This document shows, piece by piece, positions 1 to 11,814 of a stretch of 64,000 nucleotides of DNA (positions are counted from its first letter, which is position 1; each line of letters opens with the position of its first letter). The translations under genes were made by a program, and so were the position numbers. The stretch is from Rhynchopus sp. YZ270_cl-10. Lineage: Eukaryota. Location of the stretch: positions 1,240,001 to 1,304,000 of the forward strand of contig OZ037844.1 of the NCBI GenBank assembly GCA_964035575.1. The letters run 5' to 3'. The notes beneath the pieces were generated by a model. That model was given only the letters and a program-made list of their open reading frames with translations, made no database searches and had not been told where the DNA came from.

Positions 1-134
1 CCGGAAAATGGTTATTGGGGTGGTTCTGCGTTAAGGATCACATTGTGTGTTCAAAAAACCTACTTCGGGCGTTGAATAAATGCACCGATTTTTTTCTCTC
101 AAACTTTTGTTTTATCTTTTTCCCCTTTTCACAG

Positions 135-1145
135 AATGGGTGTCAGCAGTCTGCAGGAACAGCTTGTAGAACCTATTCTGACGCATCTGTTCCCTCATGG
201 CCTGCAGTCCATTGGCGAACCCTCACAGAAGAAGCAGCGTGTCAACCAGTCCGACGCAGCTGTCAAGAGCATAGGCGGAACCAAGGTACGACCACAACCC
301 CATTCCTCATTTACCCCAAGCTACGCTTGACCCTATCTTACCAAGCATTCAAAAAAAGCGAATGAGAATAACGCAATGTAAATATCTTCTGCAACAATTC
401 AAGCTTTCCCCCCATTTCCCATAGTTTTTGTATCTGGATGCTTTCATCCAGCTGGCATCGTACGTGAATCAGCGGGAGGTGCCCTGCATCAACAACTTTT
501 TCACTTTGTATTTCAAGTCAAATTTGTTTACATTCCCTCAATTTTCATTCTCCATTCCTTTTTTTTTTTAAACAGTTCCACGCTGCTGGCCGCGAGGATA
601 TGGATGTACGGATGTTTGGCAGCGGGCGTCCTTTTATGCTTGAGGTGCCGAATCCACAGAAGACGCATTTTGGTGGTGACGCGCTGCTGGCGATGGAGGC
701 TGCCATCAACAACTCAAATGGGGCGGCAGAGGTGGTGGAAGGGAGCATGAAGCTTGTTGAGAAGGAGCACTTCCTCTCGCTCTCAGAGGCAAGCGAGAGC
801 AAGCGGAAGCACTACCGCAGTGTGGTCTGGGTTGCCCGCGACGTCACCCCCGAGATGGTCGCGCGCCTCACACTCAACGAAGTGGATATCGAGCAGAAAA
901 CGCCGCTCCGTGTACTCCACAGACGCACCCTTCTCTCTCGCACCAAGACAGTCCACTCCATGACCGTCAGCAGCGTCATCAACAAACATTGGATCGTGCT
1001 AGACATCATCACCCAAGCGGGGACATACATCAAAGAGTTTGTCTGTGGAGACAGAGGACGCACGACACCGTCAGTAGCCTCCCTATGCGACTCACCAGTA
1101 GACATACTACAGCTTGATGTCATAGATGTATTCTGTGATTTGTAG
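135..1145 (+). CDS. PUS10: tRNA pseudouridine synthase Pus10, 3' part (exons 135-285 and 576-1145; GT-AG intron 286-575; upstream exons outside window)
   Basis: Splicing AAG|gtacg...aacag|TTC gives GTK-FHAAGREDMDVRMFGSGRPF, the Pus10 catalytic GRED-x-D motif. It is followed by QKTPLRVLHRR, QAGTYIKEFVCGDRGRTTPS and DILQLDV, typical of the Pus10 C-terminus. Polypyrimidine tracts precede both acceptors. Confidence 0.93.
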
Positions 1146-2015
1146 GTTAACGTTTACTGTACGAATCCACCCCACCCTTTTGCAATGAACAACCAAGCAT
1201 TTTTTTCTGAATTTTTTTTTTATTCCTACGAAGCTTGCTTTAAAGGGGAAATAGTATTACCGGTACGGTCGCCAATCATCCCTCAAACAGGAGGATTGTG
1301 CAATCAACGAAAAAAAAACCTTTTTTCCTTTTACTTACCTACCGATCCTACTATTTTTTTTTCAGTACCTGCGTCCGATGCACGGTGATGCGTATGCACT
1401 TTCTCTTTTGAAAACTTGGTTGTATTAGTGTAGACACCCGAGGATGAACTCCACTATATATTTTTTTTTAAAAATAGCAGCGTTAAAATAGCAACTCTCT
1501 GATGTGACGTTTTTTGAGGAGTAGTCAGCTCTGTACTGAAATTGGGGGTGAGGGTGTCCCGATTCTTCTGCAATACGGACAGAGTAAAAAGAAAAAAGGG
1601 TTCCCATCAGGAAAATAAAATGTCAAACCAAAGTTTCATCTCTGCGCTTAGCGACACTGAGATATCCTACTAGCCCTGAGGATGGACCTTTGAAGACAGA
1701 AGGCATCTCTTTGGTGTTTCGAGACAGTCAACAACACAAAAAAAAGTAGTGCAAAGGCTTCGGCCAACATTGAGTACAGACCCTAGGTTCTCCAAGCGGG
1801 TCCTGAGGTAATTTGTCGACAAAAAAAAAGCTGCAATGGAGTCAATGCTATGAGTGATTCATAACGGCTTTTTTATATGGGGTCGGAGGAATGGATGGGT
1901 CGATCTAGACTCGTTTCTGCCCCTCCGTTTCGAAATAATGAAAAAAAGAGGCAGTTTTTTGTCAATCTCTTTTGATTTTTTGTAAATTAAATTCCTGCCA
2001 AGAAGGGGGGTACAC

Positions 2016-2684
2016 ATGGCACCATTAGTTCGTATCGATGTGACCTCTGATGTGCTCTGCCCGTTCTGCTGGATCGGGAAGCGTTCCCTCGAGACTGCCC
2101 TTGCGCAGCGTGAGGGTGTGGCAGAGTTCGAGGTTGTGTGGCATCCGTTCTTCCTGCGGCCGACCCTGCCTGAGGAGGGGCTTGACAAGATGGAAGAGTC
2201 GGTCAAGCGAGTTGGCAAAGACCGTGCCGAGCAGATGCTTCTCTCCGATGAGAGCCCATTCAAACAGTACGGCAAAGAGCTTGGCCTTGAGTTCAACTAC
2301 GTGAAGGGATGCAAAATCGGGGACACCCACAAGGCACACCGCCTGCTCTGGCTTGTGAAGGACACACACGGTGCGGAGAAGCAGAACAAACTCTCAGAGG
2401 TGCTCTTCAGACGCTACTTCCAGGAGTGTCAGAACCCTGGCGACATGACGATGCTGCTGGGTGCGTGCGAGGAGGTGGGACTTGACACTACGGAGATGCA
2501 GACCTTCCTTGAGGGAGAGGGGTTGCTGGTTGAGGTGGAGCAGTACTTCAGAAGGGTCAAGACACGTGGCATCACTGGTGTACCGCACTTTGACATCACC
2601 GGGCCCACAGGCAGGAAGATCTCCACGGCAGGCGCAAAGGCACCAGAGGACTTCCTCTCCTACATCGACAACCTGCTGAAGTAA
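2016..2684 (+). CDS. DsbA-family (FrnE-like) thiol-disulfide oxidoreductase, copy 1
   Basis: 222 aa; SDVLCPFCWIGKR CxxC motif, WHPFFL, and GITGVPHF cis-Pro motif. Confidence 0.9.
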   Translation: MAPLVRIDVTSDVLCPFCWIGKRSLETALAQREGVAEFEVVWHPFFLRPTLPEEGLDKMEESVKRVGKDRAEQMLLSDESPFKQYGKELGLEFNYVKGCKIGDTHKAHRLLWLVKDTHGAEKQNKLSEVLFRRYFQECQNPGDMTMLLGACEEVGLDTTEMQTFLEGEGLLVEVEQYFRRVKTRGITGVPHFDITGPTGRKISTAGAKAPEDFLSYIDNLLK

Positions 2685-3521
2685 GTATGCAGCTCGGCAG
2701 CCACTCTACACATCCATGCAAGCATCCTATGTCCCGTGCCTCGTAGTAGTCTTTGAATGGAGGGTGTGGCTGAAGGAAGGGTGCGATAAAGTGTGATAAA
2801 GTGCTATTTTGTGCTATTTTGGGGTCGTCGGCGACAGCAGAGTTTTTTTTTTTTTTTTTTTTTTGTTTTGTTCACGCTGGTGTGGTCTCGTACAATGAAA
2901 CACTATGTATCGCATGAACACTACCTAAGGTTACACATCAAAACGAAGCATGCGGAAAAGGAACTGATAGAGGGGGGTGGAAAGGAGGGAGGGATATCCC
3001 GTGGGGGGGTGGTGGCTAGCTCTGTGCAGAATGGGTGGGGGTGGGGTAGGGGGGGGTAGGGGTAGCCCCTTTCCCCCCCCTCTTCGTGTGTTTTTACCCC
3101 AGCAACGTTTGCTGTATGACCGTTCATGACTTTCTCCTTCGCCATTTCCCTGGGGGTGTGGACAGGGTCATATTGTGTGCAAAAAAAAGTGTGGGCTTCT
3201 TTCTTTTTGACATTCTCATTGACGTATGTCCTCGCACAATCAAACAGTGCCCCTCACTCTCTTTTTCCCTGTTCCTGCAGGTTGTCATTGGTTGTTGCCT
3301 GCAATGTGTATACGCCTCCCCACACTCTCACGACAACTGCATGCCATACAAAAGTGGTGATAGTGCTGCAGTCTCCACGACCTGTATGCGAACACCTTCT
3401 GTTCACCTTGTGGGGGTTGGGTTTGCTATTTATTGAAAACTTGGTTGTTGTAGTGTAGACCCCCCGAAGATGAATTTCACTATACTGCACGCGCCAAAAT
3501 TGTATTATTTTTCCACCACAG

Positions 3522-4211
3522 ATGAAAAAGACTCTTTTAAAAATGGCCCCCACAATCAAGGTTGACGTGACCTCTGATGTGCTCTGCCCGTTCTGCTGGA
3601 TCGGGAAGCGTTCCCTCGAGACTGCCCTTGCGCAGCGTGAGGGTGTGGCAGAGTTCGAGGTTGTGTGGCATCCGTTCTTCCTTCGCGACCACGTTCCGGA
3701 GGGCGGGATTGACAAGATGGAGGCGTACACACAGAAGTTTGGCGCCGAGCGTGCAAAGGCCATCATTCTTTCTGACGAAAGCCCAGTCAAACAGTACGGC
3801 AAGCAGCTTGGCCTTGAGTTCAACTACGTGAAAGGATGCAAAATCGGGGACACCCACAAGGCACACCGCCTGCTCTGGCTTGTGAAGGACACACACGGTG
3901 CGGAGAAGCAGAACAAACTCTCAGAGGTGCTCTTCAGACGCTACTTCCAGGAGTGCCAGAACCCTGGCGACATGACGATGCTGCTGGGTGCGTGCGAGGA
4001 GGTGGGGCTCGACAGGGCTGAGATGCAGACCTTCCTTGAGGGAGAGGGGTTGCTGCCGGAAGTGAACAACTACTACCGCAAAATGCAGGCACGTGGCATC
4101 TCTGGTGTACCGCACTTTGACATCACCGGGCCCACAGGGCAAAAGGTGTCTGTAGGTGGAGCAAAACAGCCAGCCGAGTTTGTGTCGGTCATCGACAGTC
4201 TGCTGAAGTAA
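3522..4211 (+). CDS. DsbA-family (FrnE-like) oxidoreductase, tandem copy 2 (start possibly 3543)
   Basis: Same CPFC motif and GISGVPHF; long blocks identical to copy 1. Confidence 0.9.
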   Translation: MKKTLLKMAPTIKVDVTSDVLCPFCWIGKRSLETALAQREGVAEFEVVWHPFFLRDHVPEGGIDKMEAYTQKFGAERAKAIILSDESPVKQYGKQLGLEFNYVKGCKIGDTHKAHRLLWLVKDTHGAEKQNKLSEVLFRRYFQECQNPGDMTMLLGACEEVGLDRAEMQTFLEGEGLLPEVNNYYRKMQARGISGVPHFDITGPTGQKVSVGGAKQPAEFVSVIDSLLK

Positions 4212-5667
4212 GTATAACAGACCTACATAGTGCGGCAGTGGGCGATTGTAAATGCGGCAAAACAACTCTTCTGCTTTTTCCCCCCCCATATTTTCAAAAC
4301 TAGTACAGTCTCTTGGCTGTAACCTCACCAAAAACCCCTTCCTGATTGTCGATACCAACAAAAACAAAAAACAAAATAGTACACAGCAACTTTTTTGAAG
4401 CCAGATTCCATTTTTGCAGGTAGCCAATTCCCTCCGGTTATTTTAGTTTCCCCTTTTTTTTCTCCCTTGTTATTATCCCTGGCGGTACGTGTTCTTTCTT
4501 CTTATAAATTGTTGAAACAGTGTGCATGTGTTTAAAAGGAGGTGTGGGGACATACAAGGCAATATTTAATTAATTTTTTTCTCAGTAATGTGACCCACGA
4601 AATGGATTGTAGAAGTGCTATGGTTTGCGGGGGGGAGAGAAGGAGCCCACCCCCCCTCCCCAGTACAGCCGGTGGTCAATGTACCAAAGGTACACTGTTC
4701 ACGAGCGGGCTGTTGTATTTCAAGTCAACCTTTCTTTGTGTATGCATGTTGGGCATTCTGCGTTTCACGGTTCCCATGATTCATTTCTATTTTATAAGGT
4801 GTCCAAGCACTAGAGGCTCAGGTTCATCTCATAAAACCTTTTATTTTTTTCTTCTAACATCTACAACTTACTCTTGGGGGAAGGGAATGGGGAAAACGTC
4901 TTTTACAGTGTACGCCATCTAGGTGTCTACACTAATGCAAATAAGTTTTCAAAGGAAAAAAAAGCAAAATGAGTTGTGTTATGACCTTCCGGAGCAAAAG
5001 TAAATGACTTTCTCCTTTGCCATTTCCTGGGGGTGGACAGGGTCATATTGTGTGCAAAAAAAAGTGTGGGCTTCTTTCTTTTTGACATTCTCATTGACAT
5101 ATGTCCTCGCACAATCAAACAGTGCCCCTCACTCTCTCTCTCTCTCTCCCGGCACCTGACAGAGAGCTTTAAACTTTGGTTGCGTTCAACGAAAACATTC
5201 TTCCTTCTTTCCTACTAGAGTAATCAAGATCAGGTGGCGATCGTAAAAGTCGGAGATATGCTTTTCTGCAGCTTCGAGCAGAGCTCGAAAGGGCGATTTG
5301 CGGCGGTTGTTCTGCTTCAGGGTGTTCCCCATGCAGAGTGTTTCTTCTGTGAGGGTTTGCGGCGCCTATTCTCTCCATGCGGCTGCAGTGCAGGAGTACG
5401 CTTGCTTGGGTTGGTGGGGTTCTCGTTGGACGCTTCTTGGTTCTGGAGTCTCAGCTTGCACCCCTTCGGGTAGTGGTGATAGTGCTGCAGCCTCTGTGAG
5501 GAGGCATGTTGCTTTGAGGTGGTCGAGGAGTTCAGTTGTGAGGTAGAGAAGTGCAGGTAGGTGTGCGCATGGTGTATGGTGGCGAGGGGGGGTTCATAAC
5601 ATTCACGACACCACAACACACAGAGACCTTCCCTCCCCTTGCTTTGGAGGACACAACATGGGCTGTG

Positions 5668-7479
5668 ATGCCGTTGTGTGAGAGCTGTTCGGCCCCTGCA
5701 CGGCTGCAGTGTGGACACTGTATGGAACTGTTCTTCTGCGACAAGCCTGCCTGCTTCGAAGCTTTGCACAGAGCACGCGACCGTGAGATGCATCTTGCTT
5801 CTGTCACTTCGTATGGAACATCGTCGAACTGTGCACTGCACCCAGTGTTCAAGCTGCACCTTGTCTGTGAAGACCCTGCGTGTGGAGACGCAATGATCTG
5901 TGTCCGCTGTGACAAGCGTGAACATGCGGGGCACAACACAATCGAAATCTCTGAGTACGTTGCACGCCAGCGCTGCATCCTGCACTCACACGCGGCAGAT
6001 TTGACGAAGCAGCGGGCTGCTGCAGATGAGGAGTGCCGTGTGCTTGAGGCAGTCGAACCCCCAGAGGCCACAAAGACCTTGACACACGTCGGACACCTGT
6101 TGATGGGTGAGGATGTGTGGCGCAGCAACGTCGTGTGTGAGGAGGCGTTGGCACGGAGCTTCCTCACACAGGCACTTAGTGCTGCAGGGCAGGTGTGTGC
6201 AGTGAAGACGTTTGTTGCGAAGGCAGAACACATGATTGACGAGTGGGAGCAGGTGTGCCTGCTTGGGGACGACCAGGCACTGCGTGCGGCAACAGAGTCG
6301 CAGGCCGTTGTGCGGAGCATCGACAGCATGGCAGCGTGCAGAGACCGCCACCGCCTTGTGGGTGCTGCATACCCACACGCAGAGTTTTCCCTGACGCTGC
6401 CTGTGTCGGACGTGCACGACGCTCTTGGCCAGAGGTTGGGGCTTGTGGTGCCTGTGCTTGTGGAGGGCGTGGATGGAGTGGAACACTTGATTGAGGTGAG
6501 TGTGGATGACACGGTGTGTGACTTGCGTTGGAAGGTGGCGTCTGCAACAAAGTTGCCTGGAAACAGCTTTGGGATGTGTTTCGGGGGTGAGGTGGTGGGA
6601 GAAGGAGAGGACATGACACAGCTGAGTGCTGACAGGATTGTGCTGAAGCAGACGAAGGAGCAGGTGGCCATTGCAGGACTTGATGCATTGGGTGAGAGAA
6701 ACCTGACAGCAGCGAGGTTGGCAGAAGTGACGGATGCAAAGGTGGCTTGTTTGCTTCTTCAGGCGGGTGTTGCGACTGCGATTCCAAATGAGTTCTGCTT
6801 AGGAGCAGCTTTCGTGAGTCTTGATCTCAGCGCTGTGTCTGGCATTGCTTCGATTGGGGATGAATTTCTGCAGGATTGCACCAGCTTGGAAGGACTCAAC
6901 ATCTCTGGTTTGACCAGTGTCACTTCATGGGAAGTGCTTCCTTCTGGGCTGCAAAGCTTTGACAGAACTTGATCTCACTCCGTTGAGAAGGGTCACAGTG
7001 ATTCAGGAAGGTTTCCTGTATGAGTGCACTTCTCTGACACAACTTGATCTTTCTCCCTCTAGTGGCGTCACTTCAGTTGGGGCTACTTTCTTAAGGGGTG
7101 TACAGCTTTGAACGAAATCGATCTTTCTCCATTGAGTAGCATCACAGCAATTGAGGAGGCATTCCTTGTCGGGTGCACTTCGCTGAAACAACTTGATCTC
7201 TCCGCCTTTGTAAGAGTAACTGCGATCGATTCCCACTTTCTTTCGTACTGTACAGCTTTGGAAGAAGTTAGTCTCGCTGGATTGCTCAATGTGACAGTGA
7301 TTAAGGGTCAGTTCCAGTGCAGCTGTTCTTCGCTGACAGAACTTGATCTCACTCCCTTGAGTAATGTCTTGGAGGTAGGGGATGATTTCCTTGTTGGCTG
7401 CCCTTCTACATTCCACGGAAAGAAGAAATGCAGCAAGGCCGTGTTAGAGAAATTAAAGAATTGGAAGTACTCACGGTAA
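5668..7479 (+). pseudogene. B-box zinc finger / ubiquitin-like / BspA-type LRR protein interrupted by two frameshifts (~6928 and ~7098)
   Basis: CxxC...CxxC...C...H and CxxH...C..C...CxxC...H..H B-box-like motifs, a ubiquitin-like segment (IEVSVDDTVCDLRWKVA), then LRRs (VTxIxxxFLxxCTSLxxLDL) continuing across ORFs 5551-6972, 6917-7111 and 7108-7479. Confidence 0.75.
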
Positions 7480-8137
7480 AGGTTCACCTACCCAGCGTAA
7501 TACTTCCACGGAACGCTGTCACGTACCGCGCATGCCACACTGAAATGCCAAAAAGAACTTTTAATTTTGCAGGCTTTTTTGGGATGTTTCGTTGCACACA
7601 GCTACCCGAGTGGATACCGTGCACGGCCAGTTTGAGTGGAAGAGCGTCAAAAATTTGACGTTTTTTGGGAGACCGTACGCTCTCCCCGCGGGAGAGCATG
7701 ACGCTCTGATAAGTACCCAGACGCTCTCCCAGACGCCCTCCTGCGGGGGTGCAATTCTCAACCAGTATTTTCGTCCACTTTTGACGCTCGCCCACATCAA
7801 ACTGGCCACCGTGCGTGCAAAAAAAAAAAGCTCTGCGTCCGCTGACAATGGCGTAAGGCGTTTGCTCTTTCTGCTTGTCTTTTGTATGTCTCTCCAAACC
7901 CCAAACCCTTTTTGCGGCACCCTTGCTCCTTCTGAGTGGTCGAAGGGCGGCTACTCCTGGTCGTGGAGCTGACGGGAGCGGATGGCATATTGCTCACCTC
8001 CTCTGTCCCTATCCCTGCTTGGCAGCATCAGCATGATGAGACGAAAGAGGTGCTCTTTGCTGTACCAGGGGGTTCGAGTGGAGTCGAGTGAACTCTTCAC
8101 TGTGCTTGCCTTTCATCCAACTTTACCAACATCTTCA

Positions 8138-8391
8138 CAGATGTGAAGATGTTGGTCGAAGCAGGTGCGGATGTGTGTGCCACAGACAACCAAGGAGACA
8201 CATGTCTGACCCTTGCGGCGTATCATGGACACACCGAGACTGTGCGCTATCTTGTGGGCTTGCCTGAGGTGGATGTGAATCACAGGACGAGGGCGGGCTG
8301 CACTGCGTTGCAGCTTGCGAGGAAGAAACCACATGCAGATGTGGTGCAGGTTCTCCTGGAACACGGTGCCAGCGACGAACCCACCACGTGA
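8138..8391 (+). pseudogene. 3' remnant of an ankyrin-family gene (last two repeats and C-cap)
   Basis: KMLVEAGADVCATDNQGDTCL...EHGASDEPTT matches the ends of the downstream paralogues; no N-terminal module. Confidence 0.85.
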
Positions 8392-9105
8392 GTAGCTTTC
8401 TTGGTGGCTTTTCCTCGTATGGTATTTCGTGAGGATCGCGTCAGCTCACAAAGGGGGGATGGAATGACATTTGGAATGAAAAGAGGGAAGTGAAGGTGAC
8501 ACTGCACCAACGTCACAGGCGTGTGATAGCATCCATTATTATTACCGTCTTCATAAACTGTTTGGACCAGACATAGTTTGGTCCGTATTTTGCAGTTTTG
8601 CATTTCATTTGGTACTTCACACGGTCACCATTTTTACGAACACAGTATTTTATTGTCATTCCCAGCTTTCCAACAGGAAATAGAAACGACTGCCTGCCCC
8701 ACTTTTGTTTCGGTACGACATCTCTGTCTTTCTCAACACTCATTTCCCATCGGTTGCTCTTTCCATCTCCCCCACCTCCTCATGGGCAGTCCTCATCCAG
8801 GATCCCGCTTCCAGAGTCGGGTAACGGACAAGGCAAACATGCCTTCTAGGTTGTTTGATTACGATACAGCGAATTAGTTGCCAAGGGCTCTGTCACGAAC
8901 ACCAGGGGATAGGTTATTTTTGGAACACATCTGTGCGATGTGATGTGTGCTCGCGTCGTGGGGTTTGTGCAGGGTAGAGGGTCGGGGTGCTCTGCAGTGT
9001 GGATGCTGCAGGCCAGATCCCTCGAGTTGTCTTTATGGCGAATGTATACCACCCACCACTCACCTCACAACCTCCAGAAAAGAAACAGTATAAAAGACAC
9101 AAACC
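8392..9105 (+). repeat. ~710-bp intergenic spacer of array 1; near-identical copies at 11104-11814, 13378-14086, 16214-16924
   Basis: Identical or near-identical spurious ORFs recur in the ORF track at each copy. Confidence 0.95.
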
Positions 9106-11103
9106 ATGTCGAAGCGACACGCAGACAGCACACCTGACGAGAAGGCATCAAAGAGAAGAAAGCTTTCAGACTCGGTCTTGGTGGAGGCTGCCAGGAACGG
9201 CGACACGACTGCCGTGCGGGTGGGACTTGAGAAGCTCAGCCCAGACACAGACAGCAAAACGGTTGCCTTCGATGCTGTGCACGAGGCATGCAGAGGGAAC
9301 CACGATGAATGCCTCGCACGACTTCTTCCCCACTACGTTGACCGAACGAACGGCTTTGGGATACTGCTGAGTGAGTGCATCCACGCAGACCACACTGCGT
9401 GCACGGAGGTCCTTTTGCAGCATTGGAAGTCATGCTCGGACAACACCCGTGTCTGCTTGGAAGTGGATGTGGACGAGCTCCTGCTGACCTGTCTGCACCT
9501 GAAGCGAGTGGAGGTGCTTGCGATGCTGCTGAAGGAACACAAGCTGGACCTGAATGGGAGGCGCATCAAGCCGTTGTGTGTGGCTGCACACCTTGGGGAT
9601 CTTGCGAGTGCAGAGCTGCTCGTCGCGTCTGGGGCAGGGGTGGAGGTGCAGAGTGAGAATGACGCGAGCTGTGCACGTCCGCTGTACATTGCAGCGTGCC
9701 GTGGCGATGCGGATGTGGTGCAGTTTCTTGTTGCGAAGGGTGCAGACTGCGAACACTGTGTTGATGGGATGACTGCGCTGGATGCTGCTGTTGCTGGGCA
9801 TCACCTTGCCTGTGTGAAGGCACTTCTTTCTGGCGGTGCTGTGGGCAAGCCTGTTGATGAGGAGGCAGCTCTTGTGCTGCGTGCGGTGCTTGCAGGGGCA
9901 GAGGACGTGCTCCACTTCGCCTTGGTGGAGGCTGCCAGGAACGGCGACACGACTGCCGTGCGGGTGGGACTTGAGAAGCTCAGACCAGACGAAGACAGCA
10001 AAACGGTTGCCTTCGATGCTGTGCACGAGGCATGCAGAGGGAACCACGATGAATGCCTCGCACTGCTTCTTCCGTATGTTGAGACAACGCAGATGGGCTT
10101 CGGGATGTTGCTGAGTGAGTGCATCCACGCAGACCACACTGCGTGCACGGAGGTCCTCTTGCAGCATTGGAAGTCAGTCTGCAGCAACGTTGCGTTTGTC
10201 CCACACGGGCAGGAGGCAGACAACGAAGATAATACACCTCGTCCCTGTCCAGCCATGTGGGAGGACCCTGCAGTGGGTCAGGTGCTCATTGATGCAGGGG
10301 CAGACATCGAGACAAAGGATGAGAAGGGACTTTCACCTCTTCTCAGGGCTAGCATTTCAGGCAAGATTGCAGTTGTGAAGATGTTGGTCAAAGCAGGTGC
10401 GGGAGTGTGTGTCACCGACAACGTAGGAGACACATGTCTTATGCTGGCTGCAGTCTTTGGACACACCGAGACTGTGCGCTATCTTGTGGGCTTGCCAGAG
10501 GTGAACGTGAATCACTCAGGTGATGAAGGCTTCACTGCGCTGCACTGGGCATGTCAAGAAGACTACCGCACTATGGTGCAGGTCCTCATTGATGCAGGTG
10601 CAGACATCGAGGCGAAGGACGAGGAGGGATATTCGCCTCTGCTCAGAGCGAGCAAGGATGCGTCTCTCGATACTGTGAAGATGTTGGTCAAAGCAGGTGC
10701 GGGAGTGTGCGCCACAGACAACAAAGGACACACATGTCTTACCCTTGCGGCATGGTGTGGACACACCGAGACTGTGCGCTATCTTTTGTGCTTGCCTGAG
10801 GTGGATGTGACTCAGTCAAATAACAGGGGATACACTGCACTGCATCGCGCAGTGCCAATGAAGCACGCAGATGTGGTGGAGGTGCTCATTGATGCAGGGG
10901 CAGACGTTGAGGGAAAGCGTGATGGGATCTGCAATACACCTCTGCACTATGCTTGTGAGGTTGGGGAACGCGAAATTGTGAGGATGTTACTGGAAGCAGG
11001 TGCAGACATCGAGGCAATAGACGAGAACGCGAGTAATGAAACACATGCAGATGTGGTGCAAGTTCTCCTGGAACACGGTGCGAGCAACGAACCCACCGCG
11101 TGA
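9106..11103 (+). CDS. Ankyrin-repeat protein, 665 aa, with duplicated N-terminal module
   Basis: NLS-like KR-x11-KRRK; VEAARNGDTTAV module present twice; canonical ankyrin repeats. Confidence 0.92.
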   Translation: MSKRHADSTPDEKASKRRKLSDSVLVEAARNGDTTAVRVGLEKLSPDTDSKTVAFDAVHEACRGNHDECLARLLPHYVDRTNGFGILLSECIHADHTACTEVLLQHWKSCSDNTRVCLEVDVDELLLTCLHLKRVEVLAMLLKEHKLDLNGRRIKPLCVAAHLGDLASAELLVASGAGVEVQSENDASCARPLYIAACRGDADVVQFLVAKGADCEHCVDGMTALDAAVAGHHLACVKALLSGGAVGKPVDEEAALVLRAVLAGAEDVLHFALVEAARNGDTTAVRVGLEKLRPDEDSKTVAFDAVHEACRGNHDECLALLLPYVETTQMGFGMLLSECIHADHTACTEVLLQHWKSVCSNVAFVPHGQEADNEDNTPRPCPAMWEDPAVGQVLIDAGADIETKDEKGLSPLLRASISGKIAVVKMLVKAGAGVCVTDNVGDTCLMLAAVFGHTETVRYLVGLPEVNVNHSGDEGFTALHWACQEDYRTMVQVLIDAGADIEAKDEEGYSPLLRASKDASLDTVKMLVKAGAGVCATDNKGHTCLTLAAWCGHTETVRYLLCLPEVDVTQSNNRGYTALHRAVPMKHADVVEVLIDAGADVEGKRDGICNTPLHYACEVGEREIVRMLLEAGADIEAIDENASNETHADVVQVLLEHGASNEPTA

Positions 11104-11814
11104 GTAGCTTTCTTGGTGGCTTTTCCTGGTATTTCGTGAGGATCGCGTTAGCTCACAAAGGGGGGATGGAATGACATTTGGAATGAAAAGAGGGAAGTGA
11201 AGGTGACACTGCACCAACGTCACAGGCGTGTGATAGCATCCATTATTATTACTGTCTTCATAAACTGTTTGGACCGGACATAGTTTGGTCCGTATTTTAC
11301 GGTTTTGCATTTCATTTGGCACTTCACACGGTCACCATTTTTACGAACACAGTATTTTATTGTCTTTCCCAGCTTTCCAACAGGAAATAGAAACGACTGC
11401 CTGCCCCACTTTTGTTTCGGTACGACATCTCTGTCTTTCTCAACACTCATTTCCCATCGGTTGCTCTTTCCATCTCCCCCACCTCCTCATGGGCAGTCCT
11501 CATCCAGGATCCCGCTTCCAGAGTCGGGTAACGGACAAGGCAAACATGCCTTCTAGGTTGTTTGATTACGACACAGCGAATTAGTTGCCAAGGGCTCTGT
11601 CACGAACACCAGGGGATAGGTTATTTTTGGAACACATCTGTGCGATGTGATGTGTGCTCGCGTCGTGGGGTTTGTGCAGGGTAGAGGGTCGGGGTGCTCT
11701 GCAGTGTGGATGCTGCAGGCCACATCCCTCGAGTTGTCTTTATAAGGCGAATGTATACCACCCACCACTCACCTCACAACCTCCAGAAAAGAAACAGCAT
11801 AAAAGACACAAACC

